Shown here piece after piece: positions 38,211 through 50,705 of a stretch of DNA of 64,000 nucleotides. The number at the start of each line of letters is the position of its first letter. Positions within the stretch are counted from its first letter, which is position 1. The notes beneath the pieces are model-generated. The model had not been told where the DNA came from and ran no database searches. It saw only the letters and a list, made by a program, of their open reading frames with translations. Origin of the DNA: Paraspadella gotoi (lineage: Eukaryota > Animalia > Chaetognatha); assembly GCA_051294375.1 (NCBI GenBank), contig CM119264.1:4439606-4503605 (forward strand), read 5' to 3'. The translations under genes and the position numbers were made by a program.

Positions 38211-38824
38211 CGAGGCGTCGAGCGTTAAACTCGAGGTCGACGTGGAGAAGGAAGTGACGGAGCATGAAAGGGAAAGGCGTGATGGGGAAGAGGAGTGATG
38301 GGGTAGAGGAGTGATGGGGTAGGGCGGGAGAGAATGAGGAGTTCTCATGAAAAGGGGTGATGGAGAATGAAAGATGATAATTTGCTGCGGAAAAGATTAT
38401 GGAGAAAGGAAAAAGAAAAGAGCATGATAAAAGGGCATGATGAAAGGGCATGATAAAAAAAGATCCGGCGAGATAAAAGGGAAGGGCATGAAGAGAAGGT
38501 GAAGAAGGTCAAAAATGGGAGATACGATGAAATAAAGATGGTCCTTACCTTTCTATGGTACTTACTTTTCTTGCAATAGAGCGCAAGGAGAGAGACGAAC
38601 AGAGACAGAGTAAAACTGGGGTTTCTTATAGGTAAGGAGTAGGCGCTCAGGTAAGGTTCGAAGGAGGTGGAGAGAATGAATGAAAACAAGAGGAAAAAAA
38701 ATAAATACAAATAAAAACAAAAGAAATAATTGCTTGAAAACAGTGACCAGAAAATCTACTGTCTGGGCATGGGAAATAACAATTTAACGAGAGTTCTGAA
38801 AAATTAAAATCGTGAAAATCGTTG

Positions 38825-38869
<45 letters not shown>

Positions 38870-40162
38870 CTACCCGCTTCGACTGCTCGACTCAGATATC
38901 GTTCTGATTACGACATCGTTTTCTCAACGAGTCTCAGCTGCTCTTCGAGAATTTCTCGATCGCTTCGTCCTTTTTATTCTTTTGTTTTGTCTTTTGTTGA
39001 CGCCAGCGCCAACCAAAAGAGCATCGACTTCAGGTCGTCGTCTTCCTTTTCTTCACTTTTATTTCTCTTTACTTTTCTTTTTTGNNNNNNNNNNNNNNNN
39101 NNNNNNNNNNNNNNNNNNNNNNNNNNNNNNNNNNNNNNNNNNNNNNNNNNNNNNNNNNNNNNNNNNNNNNNNNNNNNNNNNNNNNNNNNNNNNNNNNNNN
39201 NNNNNNNNNNNNNNNNNNNNNNNNNNNNNNNNNNNNNNNNNNNNNNNNNNNNNNNNNNNNNNNNNNNNNNNNNNNNNNNNNNNNNNNNNNNNNNNNNNCT
39301 TTTCCCCAAACGACTTTTAACTTTTGATGCCTCCATCTATCGTCGAAAAAATTCCTCAACAAATAAATAAAAGAATCGAAAAAAAATTGCGCGATTTATT
39401 CTGTGGCTTCGTTCGTCAGCCATCATTTTTTTCGCCAGACGTCCGCCCCTCGAATATTCCACAACCCAGAGAGAGAGANNNNNNNNNNNNNNNNNNNNNN
39501 NNNNNNNNNNNNNNNNNNNNNNNNNNNNNNNNNNNNNNNNNNNNNNNNNNNNNNNNNNNNNNNNNNNNNNNNNNNNNNNNNNNNNNNNNNNNNNNNNNNN
39601 NNNNNNNNNNNNNNNNNNNNNNNNNNNNNNNNNNNNNNNNNNNNNNNNNNNNNNNNNNNNNNNNNNNNNNNNNNNNNNNNNNNNNNNNNNNNNNNNNNNN
39701 NNNNNNNNNNNNNNNNNNNNNNNNNNNNNNNNNNNNNNNNNNNNNNNNNNNNNNNNNNNNNNNNNNNNNNNNNNNNNNNNNNNNNNNNNNNNNNNNNNNN
39801 NNNNNNNNNNNNNNNNNNNNNNNNNNNNNNNNNNNNNNNNNNNNNNNNNNNNNNNNNNNNNNNNNNNNNNNNNNNNNNNNNNNNNNNNNNNNCCGACTCT
39901 TGTCTGTTTACTCCTCCTCTGTTTGTTTCGAATCTTTCGCCGAGGCGAGGCGCCACCGACGGGGCAGGTGCCAGCGACGCCGCGCCAGGTGCCGCCGACC
40001 TCGCTCCAGGTGCAAAAGGCGCCTTCCTTATTTCTTTATTCTTCTCTCTTCCCTCGTTGGAAATATGATTCACCCCTTTCGCCCCCCAAACAGCAAACAC
40101 ATTTACATCTTTGGCAAAACGCGCATGTTTCGGTCTTAGATTTGGAAATCTCTCTATCTTTC

Positions 40163-40171
40163 CATCTATCC

Positions 40172-40236
<65 letters not shown>

Positions 40237-40237
40237 C
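40163..40237. repeat. (TCTA)n microsatellite
   Basis: Near-perfect run. Inverted noisy copy at ~57660-57823. Confidence 0.95.
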
Positions 40238-40402
40238 CACCTTCCATCAGCGTCATTCATCAGCCAGAGAGAAAAATGAAAAACATTGCGTCTTAAAAGA
40301 AAAAAAAATCCAACTCGCGCTTCATATCACTTTCTCGCTTGTATGTAGTATATATATATTTCGCGCCATTAATTATCGTACATATTTTCTTTTTCTCACC
40401 AG

Positions 40403-41321
40403 ATGGCGCCACATGGTCGATCTTCATCGTCTCCGCATCGTCGCCGTCGTCTTCGTCTCACGTCTACTCGGCGTCGAACTTTGACGTCGGCGATGGGAAG
40501 AACTCTGACCGCGTTGACGCGACCAAAATCGGTATCACTGCGTCAACAATCGGTATCACTGCGTCAACAATCGTCGTCACAGCGTCAAACCGCATTAAAA
40601 TTGCGTCAGATCGCGTCACCATCCTGTAAAACGACGTCCGGTCCCTTAGCGTCAACTGGCGTCATTCTACCGTCGACGACGCCGCTCAACCGGCGCGGCG
40701 ATATTGCCGAGGAAATTGACGTCGTCCATCAATTTGGCGCCGGTTTTCGTTTTGACTCTTTTGACTCAAATCTCCAAACGGAGAAGATTTTCAAGAAGGA
40801 AGACGAGGATTGGGATCGAGAGTTGTCGTCGTTTTCGTCGTCGTCGGCGTCGTCGTTTTCGTCGTCGTCGTCATCGTCGTCGTCGTCGTCGTCGTCGATA
40901 ACGTCCTCGTCCTTTTCTTTCCCATCGCGAACCCAACTCCCAAACTTTTCTAAATCATCAATCTTTTCGAGTAGAAAGACGACATCGTCGTCGTCTTCGT
41001 CGTCGTCGTCGTCGTCGTCTTCGTCATCGTCGTCTTCCTCAGAATTTTCAAACCTTGACATTTTCTCTCGGCGCACTCGAGCGACGCGCCACCCACGTCT
41101 TCAGCGGCGCCACTATACGCGGCGTGGCGTTCCGTGGCGCTGCGCTGATCGATCACGCGGCGTCGTGGCCTCGCCGCGGCTGGCGTTGATGGCGCTGGCG
41201 TCGCTGTTGACGACGATGTTGACATCGCCGTCGTCGACGACGTCGGCGGCGGAGATCCAACAGTTTCACACTGTCGTGCCGGAAGGAACGACCGTCGGGT
41301 TCGATTGCGTCTCTAAACTCG
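40403..41321 (+). CDS. Coding exon of a probable immunoglobulin-superfamily cell-surface or secreted protein (partial gene)
   Basis: Acceptor ttttcttttttctcaccag lies immediately before ATG 40403. The frame is open to donor G|gtgaga at 41321/41322. The exon ends in hydrophobic LALMALASLLTTML followed by AEIQQFHTVVPEGTTVGFDCVSKL, which matches the V.EG..V...C start of Ig domains. The real start could be the ATG at 41189. No downstream exons were identified. Confidence 0.6.
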
Positions 41322-41608
41322 GTGAGAAAAGGGGAGGGTCGTCAGTCTGTCTGTCTGTCTTCGGCTGTCTGTCCTTGTGTCTCTCTTTCTGTCTGTCTGT
41401 CTGAAATTCTTTCTGTCTTTCTTTATGTCTGAGAGAGATTCTCATCTTGGCCATTTTTCGATATATCTTTTTCTCTTAACAAAAACTTACAACAACAACA
41501 ACAACAACAACAGCTCTGTGACGAAGACGTCGGAATCAAGTGACTAAAGACGCCGAGAATGATGTTTACGACGACGGCGACGACGATGAGAACGACGACC
41601 GTAGTAGA

Positions 41609-41641
<33 letters not shown>

Positions 41642-43658
41642 AAAAAGGATGTCGTGTTTTGAAGGGAAAAGGGCGCATTATTCTTTTCACGACTCTCGCC
41701 TTTCTTAAGGGGATCCAAGAGAAATGCGCCGAATAGCTAGAGAGGGGGGAAAAGGGTAGAGGAAGACAAAATATAAAGAGTAAAAGAAATATATAAAATT
41801 AGAAAAAAAGGAAAAAGTTAAATTACGAGAAAAATGAGAGAAGTCGAAGAGATGATAAAAAAATTTTTAATTCTTAAAAATTAATCTCTATAAGAATAAA
41901 ACGATATGAAAGAAAAGAACAAAGAAATGATATTATGAATGGAAGAAAAAAACTGAAATGAGAGGTAGAAAATAATGGAAATAGTAAGAAGTAAATAAAG
42001 AACGATAAAAAAAGGAATGAAATTAGAGGGAGGAGAGTAAAAAAAGTAAAACATTTAGGGGAGGAAAGAAAAAAAAGGATAACAAGAGANNNNNNNNNNN
42101 NNNNNNNNNNNNNNNNNNNNNNNNNNNNNNNNNNNNNNNNNNNNAAAATTGCTATTACAACGAATTTTTCGTTTCATCTCTAAGCTTTTTTTAAATATTT
42201 TTTTATTAGAAAAGTTTGAAATGAATTTTCAACAACGATTTTATTTTTCAAAAGCGCGAGTCCCTTATTAACTGACGTCGACTTTTCGCCTGAAATTTCT
42301 GGATGAAAGGGGAGTGGACTGAGGTTAATGAAATATAAACAAAAACAAATCTAACAAATATAAACAAAAACAAATCTAACAAATATAAACAAACAAATAT
42401 AACAAATATAAAAAAAAAAACATTCCCGTCGAACATCAAAACGTTCCTCATTTACTAAAAGATATACTGCCACAATTAAAAATGATTGCAACAAAAAAAA
42501 ACTTTTTTGAATGACTATTCTACTTATTATAGTATGTTGAATATTTTTTTCTTTATTTTTTTTTCGGTATCACGCATCGTCAGTAGTTTTTTTCCGTAAT
42601 TTGGCTAAAAAAAGTCAACCGGGCCAATACAATTTCATTACCATACACGAGAGCCATAAATCCCGAAAATGGCCATTTGGCAATACTTCCAATTTTCTGT
42701 CCTTTGCCCGGTTTTNNNNNNNNNNNNNNNNNNNNNNNNNNNNNNNNNNNNNNNNNNNNNNNNNNNNNNNNNNNNNNNNNNNNNNNNNNNNNNNNNNNNN
42801 NNNNNNNNNNNNNNNNNNNNNNNNNNNNNNNNNNNNNNNNNNNNNNNNNNNNNNNNNNNNNNNNNNNNNNNNNNNNNNNNNNNNNNNNNNNNNNNNNNNN
42901 NNNNNNNNNNNNNNNNNNNNNNNNNNTTTTCTGTGCCATGTTGTTTTCTTTTGTCCCTGCTTCTTTTTCTATATAACTTTTCTGTTTTTATTTCTCTCTT
43001 CACTCTTTGTTTACCTCATCTTTCTTTCTTTCATTAGTCTGTTCCTTTATTTTTTTATAGTTTTTTCTTTAACTGTAGTCATACCTAAAAATGGCTTCAA
43101 TATATCTGTTTGTTATTGTTTCTTTCGTTTTTTATTTTACTTTTTTCATTTTATTTTTTTTGCCAACACTTTTTAAGTCCCTTACTGATTTCTTTCCTTC
43201 CTCGCTCTATTCGCACATCCTCCTACTTTCCCCGATCCCTACTCTGCCAATTCTCCCGATCATTCCCCTCATCATGCCCTCCCTCATGTGTCCATACTTC
43301 TTGCCTTCCTCCTCTTCTCTCCCCTTGCCCCCCTTTCCCCCTCTCCCCCCCACCCCTCCACACACGGCCCGTGTTTTTCTCCCGCCCTTTTGCGACCAGC
43401 AGAGGTTTAATGGCGCGAACTGAGGAAGGAAATTTCGTTTTATTCTGGCTTCGGATCTGAATGAGTCTTTTCCCGCCATTTTTTTTTTTTTATCTTTTTT
43501 TATCTCCGTTTTACTTCTTTCTTATTTCCTTTTTTTTCTCTATATATTTTTCATTTCTTTTTCCTCTCACCCTTTTCTTTTTCCGTCGGTGGCGAATAAA
43601 TTCGGAAGGTTTTTTTTTTATAAAAGATTCAAAGAAAACTCTCTCTCTCTCTCTCTCT

Positions 43659-43693
<35 letters not shown>

Positions 43694-44040
43694 AGGTGAG
43701 GCATGAGTTGAGGGTTAACGTTTCCTTCTCCTGTTGAGAGGAAAGAGACGTTCACGCGGTTGTGATGCTTTTATGCTGTGATCAACGTTTTGTGATGCGT
43801 CTATTTAAATGTCAGTTTTAGAGAAGCGAGAGAACGGGAGAGCGAGACACACAGAGACAGTGAGACAGAGAAAACGAGTTACTGAATATTGAATAAAAAT
43901 CTACAAACAATTTTATTAAAAATTATCGCAAAAGAAAGTTGTAAGTATCATGCAAACGAACAAGAGTAAAATAAAATTGTAATCAGTGTTCAAATAAAAC
44001 GAAGCTGAAGAGAGAGTGATAATTGTTATGTGTTAGTGAC

Positions 44041-44217
44041 AGAACCGTTCAATATAAGCAGTCCCTGAGCTTCGGATCAGGCTGTAACACCATGTTACAG
44101 GCGGGTTAAGCGCCCCGTCCCTCTTAACTGCCAGGCGACCACCGGGCTAGAACCCCGGACCTTTGTGTTGGGAGGCGAATGACTTGCCTCCGGCACCAAT
44201 GGCCGCTGATGAACGGT
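44041..44217 (-). mobile_element. tRNA(Gly)-like SINE or pseudo-tRNA element
   Basis: Minus strand 44206-44134: acceptor stem GCGGCCA/TGGTCGC, T-arm CCGGG-GTTCTAG-CCCGG, CTCCCAA loop with a poorly paired anticodon stem, followed by a ~90-nt tail containing a hairpin. A diverged copy lies at 7011-7126. Confidence 0.6.
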
Positions 44218-44612
44218 TGGTGGATTTTAGTCCACCATAAAGTCAAGATTATCCAGTACCAAAAAAATATATAATCTGTCTAACCATGAAGAACCTATAA
44301 AAAAAAATAGTAATAGCAGAAAATGGGAGAAGACGTGAGAAATTAAGTTTAACTTGTGGTTCTGAACCATAACGAATTTTACTTTTTAATTTCACCTTTT
44401 TTAACGAAATTTCCACGAAACTAAATACAGACAGATATTCAGACAGATAGTCAGACAGATACAGATAAAAAGATAGTAAAACGTCTTATAGACTCAGGGG
44501 AGTGAGAATAAACTTCTGTTGATGTCTCCTTTCCGATTCTCTCGAATTTATGGAGAATGAAAATCAAAAAGCGAATCGAACCAAATTCCGAATTTCGCTT
44601 CGAGAAAAAAAA

Positions 44613-45286
44613 AACAAGAACGGTAATTCAAATGTGTTGCGCCGCAGTGACTGCTTTATCACGTGTACTTCTCGTGACATGACATGATATGACGTAACAT
44701 GACATGACAAGACGTGACTTAACATGACTACATGACTACAATAACTTTCTTAGCCCGTATATTTATTACATGCACTGCATCAAAATTCCGTCTTTTATTT
44801 TGTCCTCTTTAATACTAGCTACGGGTAGTATTTGAGTTTTAAGATTTTCTGAAGGCGGCGCGAGCAGTCCCTTAGATTTGAGGTTTATTTCTGTCTTAAC
44901 AAAAGAACAACCAACCGACCGACAGACCGACCGAAAAGTGACTTAAAAAGATTCACAGCCGAAAAAAATATCATTAGTTGAATTTAGTTTTTTTTTTTTT
45001 TAGATTTAAAACAACTTGACTTCACCCCTTAGGCTTAGGTGAATAAATATCTGTGACTGTGTATTAAGGCGTAGTGAAAGTTACAGATCAAAATTCGAAG
45101 AGTTGGTCATGAACAGTCTTATACTTAAGAACAGTGATATATTTAAAAAAATATTAATTTCTCAGTTTTCACATTAGCACATATTTATATCATGTCATGT
45201 CATATCATATTATGTGATCAAAGGGAAATACACGTGAAAATAAAGTCACTACGGCGCAACACATTGGGACATCTACGCTTCTTGTT
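44613..45286. mobile_element. Non-autonomous interspersed repeat with inverted ends (MITE-like or Helentron/HINE-like)
   Basis: Left end aacaagaacggtaattcaaatgtgttgcgccgcagtgactgctttatcacgtgta. Right end (reverse complement) aacaagaagcgtagatgtcccaatgtgttgcgccgtagtgactttattttcacgtgta. Both are followed by (CATGA)n. Internal (CCGA/CAGA)n tract at 44915-44933. No ORF. Confidence 0.55.
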
Positions 45287-46484
45287 TATTTTTATTTTTA
45301 AGCTTGTAGGGCGAAAAAATATATTAGAGAGCAGAGAGAGACTTGTGATGAGAGATAAGTTTTTTTTTTTGATTTTGGATGTTATTTTGAGATTGAGGAG
45401 ATGTTTTATTGTGTAGTGATTTCGAGAGAGAGATGTAGGAGAGTATGAGAGAAAGAGAGAGAGATGTATGTTGTGAGATTGAGATAGTATTTTTCGATAT
45501 TTTTGAATTTTGAGTGAAGATTGTATTTTCCCATTCGAGTCTTGTAGACGTTTCCATTTTTCACTTTCTTCACTTTTTTTGATGTCAAACGATGGACGAT
45601 CGACGATCTTGACGACAAAAACGATTCTGACGGACGACGACGAAACGACGACGACGATACCGAAATCGTGTTTTTTCGCGATATTGTTGTGCAGTCGCCT
45701 TAAAAGCTTGCGAGATTAAGTGTTAAGAGAGAGAGAAGAGAGAGGTAGAGAGTGTAGAGATGAGACAAGAAAGAGAGAGAGAGAGAGAGAGAGGGATTCA
45801 GAAGGGAGAGGAGAAGAAGGAAAAAGAGACGCAGAGTCAGATCCCAACAAGGTTGGCTTGGGGAATATTACTTAGGCGACACTGAGGGCGGACGGGAGCG
45901 GGGCAGAGAGTGGGGGTGGAGAGAGAGACGAGAGAGGCAGCAGAAAGAGAACAAGATTGAAGGTCGGAGACGCGTTCTGGACAAAATACTCTACACATCT
46001 ATCTGAGTCGTTAGACGTTTTTAAATACCAGATAGGGTGTGAGTAGAGAGAAAGAGAGAGAGGATGAGAGATGAGAGAGAGAGAGATAGGAGAGAGAGAG
46101 AGAGAGATGAGAGAGAGAGAGAAAGATATTTGGAAAGAAAGAAAGAAAGAAAAGAAAGAGAAAAGAAAGAGAAAGAAAGAAAAATGAAAGAAAGAAGAAA
46201 GAAGAAGAAAAAGAAAGAAAGAAAGAAAAGAAATGAAAAGAAAAGAAAGAGAAAAAAAAATAAGGAGACTGATCGACATACAGACATACAGACAGACAGA
46301 CAGAAAATAAGAATGAAAAAAGAAAGAGAGGTAAAATAAGAAAACCGCATGAAGCGTCGGGTTTCCAAGGAGATGGTCCTTTGCCCTCAAAAGGATTAAA
46401 GGATTCTGTGAAGGAACACACTTTCCTTTCACCCTCATGAGTCTGTGAAAAAGCCTTCACATGCTCAGCGTTTTCGAAAGAGCT

Positions 46485-46490
46485 GATGAA

Positions 46491-46550
<60 letters not shown>

Positions 46551-46562
46551 GATGAAGATGAT
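46485..46562. repeat. (ATG)n microsatellite
   Basis: Near-perfect trinucleotide run. Confidence 0.95.
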
Positions 46563-47124
46563 AATTATTATTGTGATAATGGTGATGATCATTAATGTGA
46601 TAATTAAAGAGAAGTAAGAGGATCGTCGCCTAAATTAATTGTTAAGATTGTTTTTGTTTTGTTTTTTTTTGTTTTGTTTTTTTCATCGTATTTGTTGTCA
46701 TTGTAGGTAAAGATATCAAGATACCAAGATGAAAAAAGGTTAAAAAATGAAAGAAAGATAAAAATATAAAAGTAATAAAAGAAATAAATAAAGAAAGAAA
46801 AAAAACTAGAAAAAGAAAGAGTAAAAAGAAGGAAAGAAAGAGAATAAAAGACAGAAAGAAAAAAGGAAGGAAAGAAAAAAAGAAAGAAAGAAAAGTTAAA
46901 AAGAAAGAAAACCAGGCAACATACAAACAAGCTAAAAATTACCTCTGAATTTCTCATCCTCCCCCCAGAGTCCCTTTCGTTCAATTCAAAAACACCAAAC
47001 TTTAAAAGAAAAAGAAAAAATAAGAAAAGAAAAAAAAGGAAAGACGAATTGAGGAAAAAGGAAAGAAGGCACTAAAAGAGATATAGGAGCTACTTCCTCC
47101 TTTCACAATTCCCTTCTCAAGGAG

Positions 47125-47242
<118 letters not shown>

Positions 47243-47830
47243 TGCGTATTTCGTTTCCCCATAAATTGTGTTTTCAGAGGCGAAAAAACGAGGGTAAAGA
47301 CTCCATTTTTTTTCTTTTCTTTCCCCCTCACCAAACCCCCAGAGCAATTCCTTTTTTTACTCCTTTTTTTTCTTTTTCTTTACCTTTAAAAAAGAAACGT
47401 GACGAGTTTAACTTTGCATCTTTGAGAAAACGAGTCGATTTANNNNNNNNNNNNNNNNNNNNNNNNNNNNNNNNNNNNNNNNNNNNNNNNNNNNNNNNNN
47501 NNNNNNNNNNNNNNNNNNNNNNNNNNNNNNNNNNNNNNNNNNTTCCTGCCGTGGCGCGTTTTTCCTGCCTCATGATTTTTTATGGTTTTCGCTCTCACGA
47601 TCTTCCTTGTTTTTTTTACTATTATTTTGTTTTACGACTGACTCTCTCTCTCTCTCTCTCTCTCNNNNNNNNNNNNNNNNNNNNNNNNNGTACATAAACG
47701 GATTGAAACGGCCGACTTTTCGGCTTATTGTAGGGCCTGATAAACCGCCGATGGTTCTTCTATAGCATTGACGGTTTTGGAGCCAAGAGCTGAAAATATT
47801 TAGAAGAGAGAGAAGAGTAGAGAGAGAAGA

Positions 47831-47861
<31 letters not shown>

Positions 47862-48669
47862 GAGGAGAGAAGAGAAGAGAGAGAGAGAGAGATCAGTCGT
47901 AAAACAAAATAATAGTAAAAAAACAAGGAAGATCGTGAAGAGCGAAACCTGAAATTCATGGCAGGAACCGAAAGACGCGCACGGCAAGGAACCACGAAAA
48001 CAAGATAAACAACGATGGAAACATCAAAACAGCGATGGAAAAAATATCAAAAAGGACAGAAATATAAGTTAAAGCAATGACAAGAAACAGATTTAAACAT
48101 GCACGGAGAAAAAAATTTAACAAAAAGAAAAAGATCAAACACAGTTGTTCTGGCTCTTCTGTTCTCTGTTTAACTTATGATTCTTTGTATTTGCCTCCTC
48201 TCTCTCCTCTCTTCTGTGCATCTCTTCGGTCTTCTCTTCTTCTCGGTTCTTCTCGTCTCCTTGCTCTGCTCTCTTCATTGTCTCTGGGGCGTCATCTGCT
48301 TCTCTGCATCAGGGGTTCTTGTCGTGTTCGTGTTATCGCTTAGAGGTTTGGCTTTGTCTTTAGTGTGTTGGGGCTGCTGGGGATATGGGGTCAAATTCCC
48401 TCTCTCCTCTTCTCTCCCCTCTCTTCTCTTCCCCTCTCCAGGCTCGCCGGTCTTGGTCTTCTTCTCCTTTTTCCCGACTTTGTATGAATCGTCCTCACTC
48501 CCCTGCATTCCCTATGACAGCAATTATGATGGTTCAGTTCACTTGAAGTGCCATTGAAATCCGAAGTAATACCGCAGAATAAAATAAAAGCCTCATAAGT
48601 ATCACCACTACGGTAATATGCTTAAGATAATAAAGTAGAAATCAAGAAAAATATTCACCGCAAATCAGG

Positions 48670-48830
48670 ATGGGACAAGGATTGGATTAGGAGAGAGAGG
48701 CATGGGACAGGAGATGTGATTAGAGATGGATTGAATGGGACTTAGAGATGGATTAGAGATGGAGATTAGAGATGGGATTCAAGAGATTGGATTCCAGACG
48801 TGGATTTAGAGAATTGGGAATTTTTGAATG
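48670..48830. repeat. ~12-bp minisatellite (gatgg(g)attaga)
   Basis: About 10 noisy tandem copies. Confidence 0.65.
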
Positions 48831-49765
48831 AGCAATGGACATAAAGATGGAATGAAAGTCGGTGTTATAATCGGAATTAACAATTAATACAATACATTAA
48901 TTACATATAACTATAATACACTGGGTTGAAAAATGATTGAAAAACTGAAGAAAATAAATGAATTAAAAACAAAAAAAATATCGGGCGTCTGAATTTATAA
49001 ATAAATCGTCCGACGTGACATGACATGAACGTAACATTGATTTCCTTCTCTTCACTCGATCGATAAACTCACCTTAATATCGAGCCGTGTGTCGTTTTCC
49101 CTTTCTGGCACGAATCCGCTATTTTGTCCATATCGATCGACAGTTGTCACTAGGCCGTCGCCGAGGAGAAGTATGAACATTTCTTCGGAAGACGTCAGTC
49201 TCGCTAAGTTTGATCCAGACTGTCGACGCTGTGAATGAAGGGAGAGGGGGAAGAGGGTGAGAAGAGAGAGGGTGAAGTGGTGGCGGGAAAGTTGGGGTGG
49301 AATAGTGACGAAGAGAGGATTATAGGGGGAGGATGGAGTGGTGGACTGGGGGGCGAGGAGGTGCTTGACGACGAAGGGGCAGGAGAGAAGAGATGAGAGA
49401 GAGAGAGAGGAGACGAGAAGAGAGATGAGAAAAGGAGAGATGAGAGGTATGAGATGAGAGAGTAGAGATGATGGATGAGAGAGTAGATATCGAGATGAGA
49501 GAGAGATCGGAGAGGAGAGAATGAGCCAGGATAGAGAGTAGTAAGTTTAGAGAAGGAGAATGAGACGAGAATGAGAGAGAGAAGGGGTAGAGAAGAGGGA
49601 GAGATAGAAGATGATAGTAAGGATAGATGAAGTAAAGATAGATTATCGATAGAAAGAAATAGAGAAGAAGGACTATGCAAAGAAAAGGAGAAGTTATGAA
49701 AGATTAGATTAATAAATCAATTAATTTAAACCGATAAACCTCTATGCCCGCTCAATCAACTTCCG

Positions 49766-49846
49766 CCAATCACAAATCCTCACGCCCATTATAAAGGCTT
49801 CCGACCAATCACGAGCTTCGGTCTCAAATTAACCTTCCACCCAATC
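49766..49846 (+). promoter_or_regulatory. Three regularly spaced CCAATCAC boxes (candidate promoter)
   Basis: ccaatcac at 49766, 49805 and 49841. Confidence 0.35.
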
Positions 49847-50647
49847 ACATCGCCCTACCAAATCTGGGCCGGCATCTCGAGTATTATCCTTTCTCATCTT
49901 CCTCTTCGAAACTCCGATCTCCTTTCGAGCTCCCCGCAACCTCGGGCCTCCGCCACTCATTTACCGATCGCGAATCGTGAGCGGCGAAAAATGGAGAAAA
50001 ATGAAAGGAAATGGAACTATCAAACCCGAAATTGCAGGAGAGAAGATAGTTTTTTTTCCCTCTCTCTCGAATTTGTTCATCCTTCACGAAAATTTGGAGT
50101 TAATCTTTCTTTTCCTTTTTTTTATCCTTCTCGAAAAAATTTCGTCTTTTTTTTTTTTTTTTGAAAGCAGATTTTGGAAAACGATTTTGAAGTCTCCCAC
50201 TTTTTATTATATCAATTTGGGAAAAAATATTAAAAAGTTTTATATCACGAGATGATTTTATAACTATAAAATGATCGAAAAGACACAACGAACTTTACTT
50301 ATTGAATTGAAAGACATAAAGCAGCTACTAAAACAAGTTCTTAAAATAAAATAGTAAAATCGATAAAAAAAAAGCTACTAAAGAAAAAAGAAGTGGTCAT
50401 CAATACTTTCAACCTTTAAATCGACTCGTTTTCCTGAAGATGCAAAGTTAAACTCGTCACGTTTCTTTTTTATTAAAGGTAAAGAAAAATAAAAAAAAAG
50501 AAAAGAGTAAAAAAGGAATTGCTCTGGGGGTTTTGGGGGGGAAAGAAAAGAAAAAAATGGAGTTTTACCCCTCGTTTTTCGGCCTCCTGAAAAACACCAA
50601 TTTTATGGGGGGAAACGAAATACGGCAAAGTTCTCTTCTCTCTCTCA

Positions 50648-50705
<58 letters not shown>

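Noticed and set aside
40729-41076. Acidic minus-strand ORF
   Set aside because: It is the antisense shadow of the poly-Ser (TCG)n tracts of the + strand exon.
44134-44206. Functional tRNA-Gly(CCC) gene
   Set aside because: The anticodon and D stems pair poorly, the T-loop is atypical, and a diverged copy with a shared tail indicates a repeat.
46345-46485. Possible small exon between microsatellites
   Set aside because: Higher-complexity island, but with no convincing pair of splice sites or recognisable peptide in either orientation.
47665-47830. Missed SMRTbell adapter at the fold-back axis
   Set aside because: I could not find an adapter sequence, and the arms differ in quality (contigs versus raw read), which a single missed-adapter read would not produce.
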